From Lysobacter sp. (GTDB taxonomy: Bacteria; Pseudomonadota; Gammaproteobacteria; Xanthomonadales; Xanthomonadaceae), in assembly GCA_026786005.1 (NCBI GenBank), contig JAJAYW010000075.1, positions 1 to 60,763 of the forward strand: a stretch of 60,763 bases of DNA, read 5' to 3'. Positions within the stretch are counted from its first letter, which is position 1. Each line of letters begins with the position of its first letter. Below the pieces are notes generated by a model. It had not been told where the DNA came from. It did not search any database and saw only the letters and a program-made list of their open reading frames with translations. Positions 44,091 through 53,089 of this stretch are shown here, piece after piece. The position numbers and the translations under genes were made by a program.

Positions 44091-47000
44091 GCGAGTTGGT
44101 CCTGGTCACCTTCGATCGTGGTCGCCGTGATTTCGGCATCGCGACGCGCCCGACGGGCGCGCTCGCGATAGTGTTCGTCGGGCCGGCGATCCAGAACGTC
44201 GTAAACGACCGGAATCACCACCAGCGTCAACAACGTCGAGACCAGCAGGCCACCAATCACGGTGATCGCCATCGGCGAACGCACTTCCGCGCCCTCACCG
44301 AAAGCCAGCGCCAGCGGCAAGAAGCCGAACAGCGTGCACAGCGTGGTCATGACGATCGGGCGCAACCGCGAACGCGCGCCTTCAACCAAAGCCTCGCGCT
44401 TGGGCATGCCGGCCTCGCGCAACTGATTGACCTTGTCGATCAGGATGATCGCGTTCTTCACCACCAGACCGACCAGCAGGATCAGGCCGATGAACACCAC
44501 CACCGACACCGGCGAGCGCGTCAGCAGCAAGGCCAGCACAGCACCCACCAGCGCCAGCGGAATGGTGAACAGGATGACGAAGGGATGCAGCAACGACTCG
44601 AACTGCGAGGCCATCACCAGATACACCATGAAGATCGCCAGCGCGAATGCGAACAGCAGCGAGCGCACCGATGCCGCCAGCTCCTCGCCCTGACCGCCGA
44701 TATGCATGCCGACGGCGGCGCCAAGCGGTTGCTCCCGCACCATGTCTTCCACTTCGCTCACGGCACTGCCGAGATCGATGTCGCGCAGGTTGGCCGACAC
44801 GATCGCCACGCGTACCTGGTCGGCGCGATGGATCTCGCTCGGGCCGGTGGTCGAAACGACATCGGCCACGGCATCGAGCGTCACCGGACGGCTGCTGCCC
44901 GGATTGACGATCAGGCGACGGATGCCTTCGACCGACGCGCGATCGCTTTCGCGCGAACGCACCAGCACATCGATCTTGCGATCGCGAAAGCTGTAACGCG
45001 TGGCGACATCGCCGCGCACTTTCTTGACCACGATGTCCGCGATCTGCCGCGTGGTCAGGCCCAATGCACCAGCGCGATCCTGGTCGAAACGGATCTGGAT
45101 TTCGGGGAAGCCTTCCTCGACCGTCGACTTGACGTCGGCGTAATGCGGATTGGCGCGCAGCATCGCCGCCATCTTCTTGCCCGCAGCCTCGATGGTGTCG
45201 AGGTCCTCACCGCGCAATTCGATCTCCAGCGGCGTCGAAAAACTGAAGAGTTCGGGACGGCTGAAGTCGACCTGTGCGCCCGCATTGCCGGCGATGGTCT
45301 TGCGCAGCGCTTCGGTTTCGGCGGCTTCGAGTTCCTCGCTGCCGCCGTCGGCCATGACCACGGTCAGCTTGCCAATGTTCTCGCCGCTTTCGGTCGGGCT
45401 GGCATCCAGTCGCGTGCCGCTGCCGCTGACGCCGTAAAGCGCGCGGATCCCTTCATCCTTGGCATGTTTCTGTTGCAGTTCGCGCACCACCGCATCGGTC
45501 TCGCGCAACGGCGTGCCCGGCGGCAACTTGACCGTCATCTCGAAGCGGTCCTGCGCCAGTTGCGGGATCAGGTCGGCGCCGAGCAACGGGATGGCGAGCA
45601 TCGTCAACGTGAATGCGCTTGCGGCAAGTCCAAGCACCAGCACAGGCCTGCCTATCGCGGCTGGCAGGAGCTTGATGTAACCGCGTTCGGCGCGGCCGTA
45701 GGGCGACATCTCCAGGTCGCTGGCCTTGCGCATCACCGGTCCGACCACGGCGACCAGACCACGCCAGATCCGGACGAATACCCAGGCGATGCCGAAGAAG
45801 AATCCACGCAACCCGACGCCAATGCCGCGTCCGGTGCCGGCGATAGGTTTCTGCCAGCGTTTTTCCGGTTGCCATTTCGGATGCGGCGCCTCATCGGCGA
45901 ATGCCAGCGGCGGACGTCCTTTCAATGAACTCAACATCGGGATCAGTGTCATCGCAACGACCAGCGAAATCGCGATTGCGATCGCCACCGTCAACGCCTG
46001 GTCACGAAACAACTGCCCGGCAATGCCTTCCACGAACACCAGCGGCAAAAACACGGCGACCGTGGTCAAGGTCGAGGCGACGACCGCCATGCTGACTTCG
46101 CGCGTTCCGGTAATCGTCGCATCCAGGATACCCAGCCCGCGTTCGCGCGCCTTGGCGATGCTTTCCAGCACCACGATCGAATCGTCGACGACGAGGCCGG
46201 TGGCGAGCGCGAGTCCGCCCAGCGACATGACGTTGAGGCTCAGGTCCAGCTGGTCCATGAAGAAAAAGGTGGCGATGATCGACACCGGCAGCGACAGGCT
46301 GATGACGAACGTGCTCCACCCGTCGCGCAGGAACAGGAAGATGATCAGGATCGCCAGCAGGCCGCCAATGACCGCATCGAGTTTGACATCGCTGATCGCA
46401 TGTCGAATGAACTGCGACTGGTCGTCGATGGTCGTCAGTTCGACGTCCGGCGGAATCTGTTCCTTGATGTCCTCGAGTTTTTTCTCGATCGCATCGGCGG
46501 TGGCAACCGTGTTCGCATCGCCTTCCTTGTACAAGGCAAGCTCGACCGCTTCCTTGCCGGCGATGCGGATGATCGCCTCGCGTTCCTTGTAGCCCTGGCG
46601 GACATCGGCGATGTCCTTCAAACGCACAGGCATGCCACCGGCTGCGGTGTTCTGGTCACCCGAAGATGCGCTCTGCACCGACGCGGCCGCCGCCATCGCA
46701 TCTGCCGAACCCGAGGCTGCCGCGACGCGCGCCATCTGGTCGGCCGCGCTTTGCGCCGCGCCGCCACCCGCGGACTGGGTAGTGACCAGCATCTCGCGGA
46801 TTTCGTCGATGTTGGCGAACTGGTTGACGGTACGCACCAGGTAACGCTGCGAACCTTCCTCCAGGCGGCCGCCGGAAATGTTGATGTTTTCCTGCTGCAG
46901 GCGGGTAATGACGGTATCGATCGGCAGGCCCAGTTGGGCGAGCTTCTGCTGGTCGATATCGACCTGGATTTCGTCTTCCAGGCCACCGCCGACCTTGACT

Positions 47001-47611
47001 GCGGCCACGCCTGACACCGGCTCGAGTTTTTTCTTGAGGTCGTCGTCGGCGTAGCGGCGCAATTCGATCAGTTGCCGGATGGCGTCGACCTCGCTGCCGG
47101 CCTCGCCCTTCGACGACAGGCCCTTCGAAGACAGCACCAGCCGCATGATCGGCTCCGTCGACGGATTGAACCGCAGCAGCACCGGTTTTTTCGCTTCCAG
47201 CGGCAGCTGCAGCACCTCCATCTTGTCGCGCACTTCCAGCGCGGCCTGGTCCATGTCGGTGCCCCAGACGAACTCCATCACCACATCACTCTGCCCGGTG
47301 CGCGACACCGATTTGAGCTTGCGCAGGTTCTTGACCACGCCGACGGCTTCCTCGACCGGTTCGGAGATCAACGTCTCGATCTCGGTCGGCGCAGCACCCG
47401 TGTATTCGGTACGCACGGTCAGCGTCGGATAGCTCAGGTCCGGCAGCAGGTTGACCTTGAGATTGTTCAAGGCGATGAAGCCGAACAACAGGAAGGTAAT
47501 CGTGACCATCGCCACCGTCACGCGGCGCCGGGTGGAGAACTCTACGATGCCCCCGGTTGAAGCCTTGAATGCAGATGACTTGTGCGCGCCGGCAGGATCC
47601 TGCGAACTCAT
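44087..47611 (-). CDS. RND efflux permease (MdtB-like position), enlarged to 1174 aa
   Basis: RND topology with N-terminus FSTRRRVTVAMVTI...LLPDLSYPTLTV. Carries an Ala/Ser/Gly-rich insertion (aa ~278-327) and a long TM6-TM7 linker. ATGA overlap with the MFP gene. Confidence 0.9.
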   Translation of the reverse strand: MSSQDPAGAHKSSAFKASTGGIVEFSTRRRVTVAMVTITFLLFGFIALNNLKVNLLPDLSYPTLTVRTEYTGAAPTEIETLISEPVEEAVGVVKNLRKLKSVSRTGQSDVVMEFVWGTDMDQAALEVRDKMEVLQLPLEAKKPVLLRFNPSTEPIMRLVLSSKGLSSKGEAGSEVDAIRQLIELRRYADDDLKKKLEPVSGVAAVKVGGGLEDEIQVDIDQQKLAQLGLPIDTVITRLQQENINISGGRLEEGSQRYLVRTVNQFANIDEIREMLVTTQSAGGGAAQSAADQMARVAAASGSADAMAAAASVQSASSGDQNTAAGGMPVRLKDIADVRQGYKEREAIIRIAGKEAVELALYKEGDANTVATADAIEKKLEDIKEQIPPDVELTTIDDQSQFIRHAISDVKLDAVIGGLLAILIIFLFLRDGWSTFVISLSLPVSIIATFFFMDQLDLSLNVMSLGGLALATGLVVDDSIVVLESIAKARERGLGILDATITGTREVSMAVVASTLTTVAVFLPLVFVEGIAGQLFRDQALTVAIAIAISLVVAMTLIPMLSSLKGRPPLAFADEAPHPKWQPEKRWQKPIAGTGRGIGVGLRGFFFGIAWVFVRIWRGLVAVVGPVMRKASDLEMSPYGRAERGYIKLLPAAIGRPVLVLGLAASAFTLTMLAIPLLGADLIPQLAQDRFEMTVKLPPGTPLRETDAVVRELQQKHAKDEGIRALYGVSGSGTRLDASPTESGENIGKLTVVMADGGSEELEAAETEALRKTIAGNAGAQVDFSRPELFSFSTPLEIELRGEDLDTIEAAGKKMAAMLRANPHYADVKSTVEEGFPEIQIRFDQDRAGALGLTTRQIADIVVKKVRGDVATRYSFRDRKIDVLVRSRESDRASVEGIRRLIVNPGSSRPVTLDAVADVVSTTGPSEIHRADQVRVAIVSANLRDIDLGSAVSEVEDMVREQPLGAAVGMHIGGQGEELAASVRSLLFAFALAIFMVYLVMASQFESLLHPFVILFTIPLALVGAVLALLLTRSPVSVVVFIGLILLVGLVVKNAIILIDKVNQLREAGMPKREALVEGARSRLRPIVMTTLCTLFGFLPLALAFGEGAEVRSPMAITVIGGLLVSTLLTLVVIPVVYDVLDRRPDEHYRERARRARRDAEITATTIEGDQDQLA

Positions 47612-48768
47612 TGCTTGCTACCCGAAGCAGGCTTGGCGGCAACCGTCTTCTTCGCCCCAGGCTGGAGGGGCTGGCCGATGACCTGCACCGCGCTGCCATC
47701 GCGCAACGCGACTTTGCCGGCAGTCACTACCGTTTCGCCCTGCTTGACGCCTTCGCGCACTTCGGCCCACTCGCCGTCCATGAAACCCAGCTTCACCGGC
47801 ACCCGCACTGCCTTGCCGTTGCGGGCCACGTACACAGCCGGGTTCTCTTCGTCATCGAGCAATGCAATGCGCGGTATCACCAGCGCGTTCGCGCGCTGGT
47901 CGTAATCGATCTTGATGCGCCCGAACATGCCCGGTTGCAACAAGCCGCCGCCATCGAACGCGCAGATCACGCGGAAGGTGCCGCTGCCCGAGTCGACGAC
48001 CGGGGCGACGCGGTCCACCGTGCCCTGGAAAGTCTTGCCTGACAGCGCATCGACCTGCAGCAACACCGGCAAACCGGCCTTGAGCGTTTCCAGTTCGCGC
48101 TCAGGCACGTTGAGCACCGCTTCCAGCCGCGAGATGTCGACGATGCGGAAGATCGGCGTGTTGATCTGCACGAAATTGCCCGGCTTGATCATGCGCTGCG
48201 CGATCACGCCGGAAATCGGCGCGGTCACGTTGGCATAGGACAGTTCGAGGTTGGCAAGCCGATTGACCGCCCGCGCGTTCTCCAGATCGAACTTGACCTG
48301 GTCGATGTCATTGGCGCTGATGAGCTTTTGTGACGCCAGCTGCCGCGAGCGCGCGTAGTTGGCCTCGAGCTTGCGCATCTGCGCGGAGCTTTGCGCCGCC
48401 TGCAACGCTGCGCGCGCCGAGTCGAGCCGCACCAGAACCTGTCCGGCGCGGACCTGCTGGCCTTCCTCGGCCATGACGCTCAAGGCGACGCCCGACGTCT
48501 TCGCCACCACCTGCGACTCGCCACGTGCTTCCAACGGCGCCGTTCCGGTGTAACTGGCGGCGATGGCGCGGCGCGAGGCTGCGACCACTTCCACCGGCAC
48601 CGCTTCGGGTCCTTTGTTCTCACCGTCCTTGCCCTTGGCTTGCGCGCCGCTTTCGCCACCGCGCTTGCAGGCGCCCAACACCAGCACGCTGCCGAGTAGC
48701 AGGGCGATCAGCAGCGGGCGGGCTGCAGTACGCGGGGCACGGCCACAAAAAACGGTCGGAACAGGCAT
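47608..48768 (-). CDS. RND periplasmic adaptor (membrane fusion protein, HlyD/MdtA family) lipoprotein
   Basis: Lipobox VLGAC, a coiled-coil hairpin region, and beta-barrel/MP domains. Confidence 0.88.
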   Translation of the reverse strand: MPVPTVFCGRAPRTAARPLLIALLLGSVLVLGACKRGGESGAQAKGKDGENKGPEAVPVEVVAASRRAIAASYTGTAPLEARGESQVVAKTSGVALSVMAEEGQQVRAGQVLVRLDSARAALQAAQSSAQMRKLEANYARSRQLASQKLISANDIDQVKFDLENARAVNRLANLELSYANVTAPISGVIAQRMIKPGNFVQINTPIFRIVDISRLEAVLNVPERELETLKAGLPVLLQVDALSGKTFQGTVDRVAPVVDSGSGTFRVICAFDGGGLLQPGMFGRIKIDYDQRANALVIPRIALLDDEENPAVYVARNGKAVRVPVKLGFMDGEWAEVREGVKQGETVVTAGKVALRDGSAVQVIGQPLQPGAKKTVAAKPASGSKQ

Positions 48769-48997
48769 CGGAACGAGCTCTCAGAGGTGTGGTAGCTAGA
48801 TATATCACCTAGCCTGGATACGACCATGCGCCGAAGGTCATGGTGACTGTCAGCGCCGCTCGCATCAGCGACTCTGATTGGAACGATCATCGATACGGGA
48901 CACGGCCGCTTCGTTGCATCGCGGTCGCAAGTTATACTTTGCCAATTGCGTTTCCATGTCGGATTCGCGTCCACGCTAGCCCTTCGAGAAGACATTG

Positions 48998-49336
48998 ATG
49001 CGACCGTTGTCGATCGCCGCGTGCCTCGCGCTCACCCTGCCCTTCACCGCCCTCGCCGCCGACCCCGCTACAACCTCGGCCGGTGATGCAAAGAAAGGGC
49101 ACCAGCTCACCTACACCTGCCAGGGATGCCACGGCATCACAGGCTACAAGAACGCATATCCCAACTACCACGTGCCGCGCATCGGTGGGCAGTCGAAGGA
49201 ATACTTGGTCAACGCGTTGAACGAATACAAGCTAGGCACGCGCAAGCATCCGACGATGCAGGCCCAGTCCGAAAGTTTCTCGGGCCAGGACATCGCCGAC
49301 ATCGCCGCGTTCCTGTCGACGTTGAAGCAGAAGTGA
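48998..49336 (+). CDS. Monohaem class I cytochrome c (c4 half-domain-like), exported
   Basis: Signal peptide, haem site CQGCHG, and a downstream Met (HPTMQ). ATG 48998 preferred over the ORF-track TTG at 48995. Confidence 0.8.
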   Translation: MRPLSIAACLALTLPFTALAADPATTSAGDAKKGHQLTYTCQGCHGITGYKNAYPNYHVPRIGGQSKEYLVNALNEYKLGTRKHPTMQAQSESFSGQDIADIAAFLSTLKQK

Positions 49337-49344
49337 GCCACGGC

Positions 49345-49776
49345 ATGACCAAGACTCGCTTCTCCTTCCTTGTCGCCGCCTTGTGCGCGGCGTTGCTGGT
49401 CACCGGTTGCTCCGGTTCCGAGACGTCGGCGGGCGATGCCAGCGAGGCCCACGCCTCTTCGTCCGCAGGCTTGCCATCGGGCCGCATCGACGCCGGTGCC
49501 AAGCGCACGCTGGTCAAGAGCGTCGCCACAGGCCAGACCTGCATCGATTGCCACGGCAAGGACGGCAACGCGCCGCTCGATCCGGCCTATCCAAAGCTGG
49601 GCGGCCAGTACCACTCCTACATTGCGCATTCGCTACAGATGTATCGCAATGGCGGCCGTGAGCATGCGCTGATGTCAGGCCAGGCCAAGGACCTGACCGA
49701 CCAGGAAATCGCCGACCTGGCCGCGTACTTCGCTTCGCGTCCAAGCCAGTTGAGCGATTTGCACGGGCTGGATTGA
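49345..49776 (+). CDS. Monohaem class I cytochrome c lipoprotein (c4 half-domain-like)
   Basis: Starts MTKTRFSFLVAALCAALLVTGCSG (lipobox). Haem site CIDCHG, and Met in EHALMSGQ. Paralogous to the upstream gene. Confidence 0.78.
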   Translation: MTKTRFSFLVAALCAALLVTGCSGSETSAGDASEAHASSSAGLPSGRIDAGAKRTLVKSVATGQTCIDCHGKDGNAPLDPAYPKLGGQYHSYIAHSLQMYRNGGREHALMSGQAKDLTDQEIADLAAYFASRPSQLSDLHGLD

Positions 49777-49793
49777 CAGCTCGCGCCATTTCC

Positions 49794-49824
49794 AAAAAAT
49801 CGGGGGCCGAAAGGCCCCGTTTTC
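49794..49824. terminator. Bidirectional-looking rho-independent terminator
   Basis: AAAAAAT-CGGGGGCC-GAAA-GGCCCCG-TTTT directly after the cytochrome c pair. Confidence 0.6.
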
Positions 49825-49881
49825 ATGTGGGGCGGCGCGGCTGGCGTTGGTTACTCTCCGCTCCTGGCTTGATCTTGATCT

Positions 49882-50035
49882 TGTAGAGCGGAGCTTGCTC
49901 CGCTGCCCTTGATTTTTGATCTCCGGTAGATCCAAACAAACTTGTTGATCTTGTTATGCAAGCAAAAGCAGCGGAGCAAGCTTCGCTCTACAGTAAGCTC
50001 GAGCAAAAAAGCAGCGGAGCAAGCTCCGCTCTAAA
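49882..50035. repeat. Cluster of three REPs (family TGTAGAGCGGAGCTTGCTCCGCTGC)
   Basis: One forward copy at 49882-49906 and two inverted copies at 49968-49992 and 50011-50035. Same family as 40904-40982. Confidence 0.7.
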
Positions 50036-50088
50036 GAATAGAAAGCTTGAGCGACCGGCCGGCTTCGCGTTCCAGAGTTGCATCGTTG

Positions 50089-51735
50089 TTACTTCTTCAA
50101 TGCCCCCTGGTCCTCATGCAACTCCGGCTTGAACGGAATATCCGGGGGTGGTCGCGCGATTGCGGGTTGCTCGAATAGTTTTTCCGAGTCGGTCATGCCG
50201 CAGCCCCCGCCCACCTGCAAGATCGAGACCACGCATTCCAGGCGCTTGGATGTGCCCGGAATTGGAATCGACAGTTTCTTGATGCCCTTGCGTACCCACT
50301 CCTGCAGCAAGGTTTCATGCGGTATCCAGTACTTCTCGAACGCACTCTTCTTGTAGGGAAGTCCGGGTCGTTCAAGCCACTTGCCTGCGCGATCGAGATT
50401 GGCGATGCGCTCTTCCACCGAACCCGGCGGTGCGTTGCCGGGCGATGCTGCCCCCGGCGGCATGCGCAGGCTTCCGTCCTGATTGAAGAGTCCGGGCCGC
50501 GCGCCCGGTTTGTCACCGCCGGTCGGCTGGCCGGCGACGTTGCGCTTGGCGTCACCCCAATCATCCGCCCTGGTCGTCGTGGGTGCTGATCCTGGTTTCG
50601 GGCTGGTGGCAGGTCCTGCTGCCGTCGCCGCGGGTTGCGTGCCTCGTGCTTGCTCAGCGGTCGCGGCAGGCGTGCCTGCGGGCTTGGTCGCAGTGGCTGC
50701 CGGCGTCGCTCCTGTCGCTGTCGCAGCCGTCGGCCGTTCGGCCGGGATCGGTAGCGATCGAGGTTCCGCACTGGGCGATGGCGACTGCAATTGCGGCGAG
50801 GCGGCAGCGCGTTCCGGCAGCGCGCGCGCACGTACGGCAGGCAATGGACGCGGCGTTGGAATATCGGTGGTCTGCTGCGCGATCTGCGGCACCGTGATTT
50901 CGCGCGGCGGCAGATCTCTTTGGATCGGTCGCACCGGCGCGAGAGGACGCGGGGTCGGTATTTCGACGATCTGCGTACGCAATTGCGGCACCGCCACTTG
51001 CGCCTGCGGCACGGCGACGCTGCGTTCGCGCGGTGGCGGCAAGCGGAACGTGCTCTGTGTCGTCCGCGATTCGGTCACCTGCAACGGTTGCTGCGCAGGT
51101 GGCGTGGGCTGGATTTCGACCAGGCTCGGGACCTCGCGCTCCGGCTGCGTTTCCGTGGGCGCATCGACCGCGCTCGCCTCGGCCTGTTCCTGCGTCAATT
51201 GTGGGCGTTGCGGCTGCGCAGTGGCATCCGGCGCTGCTGCCGACGGGGTTGGCTCGGGATCGGGTGCAGGGGATGGCGGCCCGCCACCTTCTTCTTCCGG
51301 CGTGCCGATGCCGACCAGCTGCACCCTCACCTGCTCACCTTCCGGCTGCGAAACCACCATGAAACGCAGGTACATCAAGTACAGCAGCATCGCTGCGAAA
51401 AACACATGCACGATCAGGCTGAAGACCAGCGCGGACCAGCGCAACCAACGCTCCTCGCGCACCGGTGGTTGCCATTGCTGACGCCACAGCATGGCGAACG
51501 CCTGCCAGCGGTTGAGTTCGATCGCACGGCGCGGCGGCGACGCAAGTTCGCGTTGCTCGAAGATCGCAACGATCGATTCCGCGGTTGCACCGGTGACTGC
51601 GCCGACGCGTTCGCCCAGCGACGCGAGCCAGGCGGCCCAACTCGGCGGAAAGCCGACGCTATGCGCTTCGGGGCGGATCGACCGCAGTTTGCGCCGGGCC
51701 AGCAGCGCCTGCAGGAGTTCGGCCGCGGAAAACAC
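50089..51735 (-). CDS. Proline-rich single-pass membrane protein (TonB/TolA-like layout, unrelated C-terminal domain)
   Basis: One TM segment (WSALVFSLIVHVFFAAMLLYLMYL) and a ~300-aa Pro/Ala/Thr/Gln-rich region with IPTPRPL present twice. The C-terminal ~120-aa globular region contains Cys. High GC3 coding bias throughout. Confidence 0.65.
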   Translation of the reverse strand: MFSAAELLQALLARRKLRSIRPEAHSVGFPPSWAAWLASLGERVGAVTGATAESIVAIFEQRELASPPRRAIELNRWQAFAMLWRQQWQPPVREERWLRWSALVFSLIVHVFFAAMLLYLMYLRFMVVSQPEGEQVRVQLVGIGTPEEEGGGPPSPAPDPEPTPSAAAPDATAQPQRPQLTQEQAEASAVDAPTETQPEREVPSLVEIQPTPPAQQPLQVTESRTTQSTFRLPPPRERSVAVPQAQVAVPQLRTQIVEIPTPRPLAPVRPIQRDLPPREITVPQIAQQTTDIPTPRPLPAVRARALPERAAASPQLQSPSPSAEPRSLPIPAERPTAATATGATPAATATKPAGTPAATAEQARGTQPAATAAGPATSPKPGSAPTTTRADDWGDAKRNVAGQPTGGDKPGARPGLFNQDGSLRMPPGAASPGNAPPGSVEERIANLDRAGKWLERPGLPYKKSAFEKYWIPHETLLQEWVRKGIKKLSIPIPGTSKRLECVVSILQVGGGCGMTDSEKLFEQPAIARPPPDIPFKPELHEDQGALKK

Positions 51736-51750
51736 GCGCCGTACGACGCC

Positions 51751-52347
51751 TTACGCGGCCGCGTCGCGCGCGATGTACGGTGCCGTGCCGGTGTCGTGAT
51801 CGGTGGCATCGCGCACAGCGGTCACGCCAGCGACCTTGGTCAAGAGGGTTTTTTCAATGCCCTGCTTCAAGGTGACATCGGCCATGCCACAGCCTTGGCA
51901 ACCGCCGCCGAAACGCAATACGACGACGCCATCGCTGGTGACTTCCTGCACCGAGACATGGCCTTTGTGCTGGGCAAGCTGCGGATTGATCTCGTGCTCG
52001 ACGATCCAGTGCACGCGTTCGACCAGCGATGCGGATTCGGCCGGCACCTCGCCCTTGATCTTCGGCGCGCGAATCTGCAACTGGCCGCCGGTGGCCTTGT
52101 TCTCGTAGTCGATCTCCGCGTTGTCGAGATATTGCACGCTGGCCGCATCCAGCCACAGCGTGAAGCCTTCGCAATCGATGGCCCACTCGTCGCCTTTCAA
52201 GTCGCGTTGCTCGGCGAACTCCAGCCGTACGTCGGCCTTCGGCGTGCCCGCGCCCACGGCAGCCAGTTTCACGCCCAGCCCGGGAATGTCCTCGCGCTCG
52301 ATCAGCTTGCGGAAATGCGTCTGTGCGGATTCGGAAATATTGATCAT
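51751..52347 (-). CDS. nfuA: Fe/S biogenesis protein NfuA
   Basis: N-terminal degenerate A-type domain ([16 protein letters not shown]) and a C-terminal Nfu domain with [10 protein letters not shown]. Confidence 0.92.
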   Translation of the reverse strand: MINISESAQTHFRKLIEREDIPGLGVKLAAVGAGTPKADVRLEFAEQRDLKGDEWAIDCEGFTLWLDAASVQYLDNAEIDYENKATGGQLQIRAPKIKGEVPAESASLVERVHWIVEHEINPQLAQHKGHVSVQEVTSDGVVVLRFGGGCQGCGMADVTLKQGIEKTLLTKVAGVTAVRDATDHDTGTAPYIARDAAA

Positions 52348-52506
52348 GGGACTCTTGGCGATGGCGCTCGATCAGCCAGCAAACTAAGTTTCGGAGCGCA
52401 TTCTGAAATAACAACGGTGGGCGTATTCTAGCGATGTACCGTCACACCGTCGGGGCAAAGCCTTCCGGGGCGTGAACAGACATCTGTCATTCGTTAGGAG
52501 TTTGTA

Positions 52507-52845
52507 ATGTCCGACCTGATCGCTCTCGCCAACGCCCACTGCATCGCTCGCAAGGGCTCCGAATTCAAGCTCACCGAGGCGCGTATCCGCGAACTGCAGC
52601 CGGAAGTGCCCGGTTGGGAACTGGTCGAGGACCGTCATGCCTTGAGCAAGACCTTCAAGTTTAAGGATTACTACCGGACGATGTCCTTCGTGAACGCACT
52701 CGCCCATATGGCCAACCGCGAAGACCACCATCCCGACCTCGGCGTGCATTACGACCGCTGCGTGGTGCGCTATTCGACCCACGATGTCGGCGGGCTCAGC
52801 GAGAACGATTTTATTTGTGCGGCGAAAGCTGACGCGTTGGCGTGA
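52507..52845 (+). CDS. phhB: Pterin-4-alpha-carbinolamine dehydratase
   Basis: EDHHPDL...Y signature and 112 aa. AGGAG SD lies 7 nt upstream. Confidence 0.9.
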   Translation: MSDLIALANAHCIARKGSEFKLTEARIRELQPEVPGWELVEDRHALSKTFKFKDYYRTMSFVNALAHMANREDHHPDLGVHYDRCVVRYSTHDVGGLSENDFICAAKADALA

Positions 52846-53089
52846 TAAATGCACCTCTGTCAAAAGCATTTCCTGAAGCACCCTCAGTTGATGGACGCTG
52901 CAGACGTGGAGGACGCAGGACTCGATGAGTTGCTCCAGCGCCTCTTGAATTCCCTACATCACTCAGCAGTGACATGTCGCCCTGAAGTGATAGGCCCGGT
53001 TTCCCGTTTTAGCCTCGCCATTGAGACGGATACCGCGCAACCGACTTGTCGATTGCAGCCTGCCTATTTCAATTGGGTGAGAGTGCGAT

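Noticed and set aside
40905-45928. Long plus-strand ORFs (444 aa at 40905-42239, 610 aa at 44096-45928) opposite the RND permease genes.
   Set aside because: Their composition is Arg/His/Asp/Gln-rich and low-complexity, typical of antisense frames of high-GC3 genes. I see no recognisable motifs, and they overlap strongly supported genes completely.
49882-50035. A cluster of three ~25-nt repeats that could be mistaken for a small CRISPR array.
   Set aside because: The copies are in mixed orientation, the spacers are unequal (61 and 18 nt), and the repeat is an internally palindromic GTAG-headed REP that also occurs at 40904-40982. There are no cas genes.
50483-52431. Plus-strand ORFs of 332 aa and 546 aa opposite the proline-rich protein and nfuA.
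   Set aside because: Gly/Arg/Cys-rich antisense translations of Pro/Ala-rich coding sequence. They cross the nfuA gene and the intergenic gap, and there is no start or SD context.
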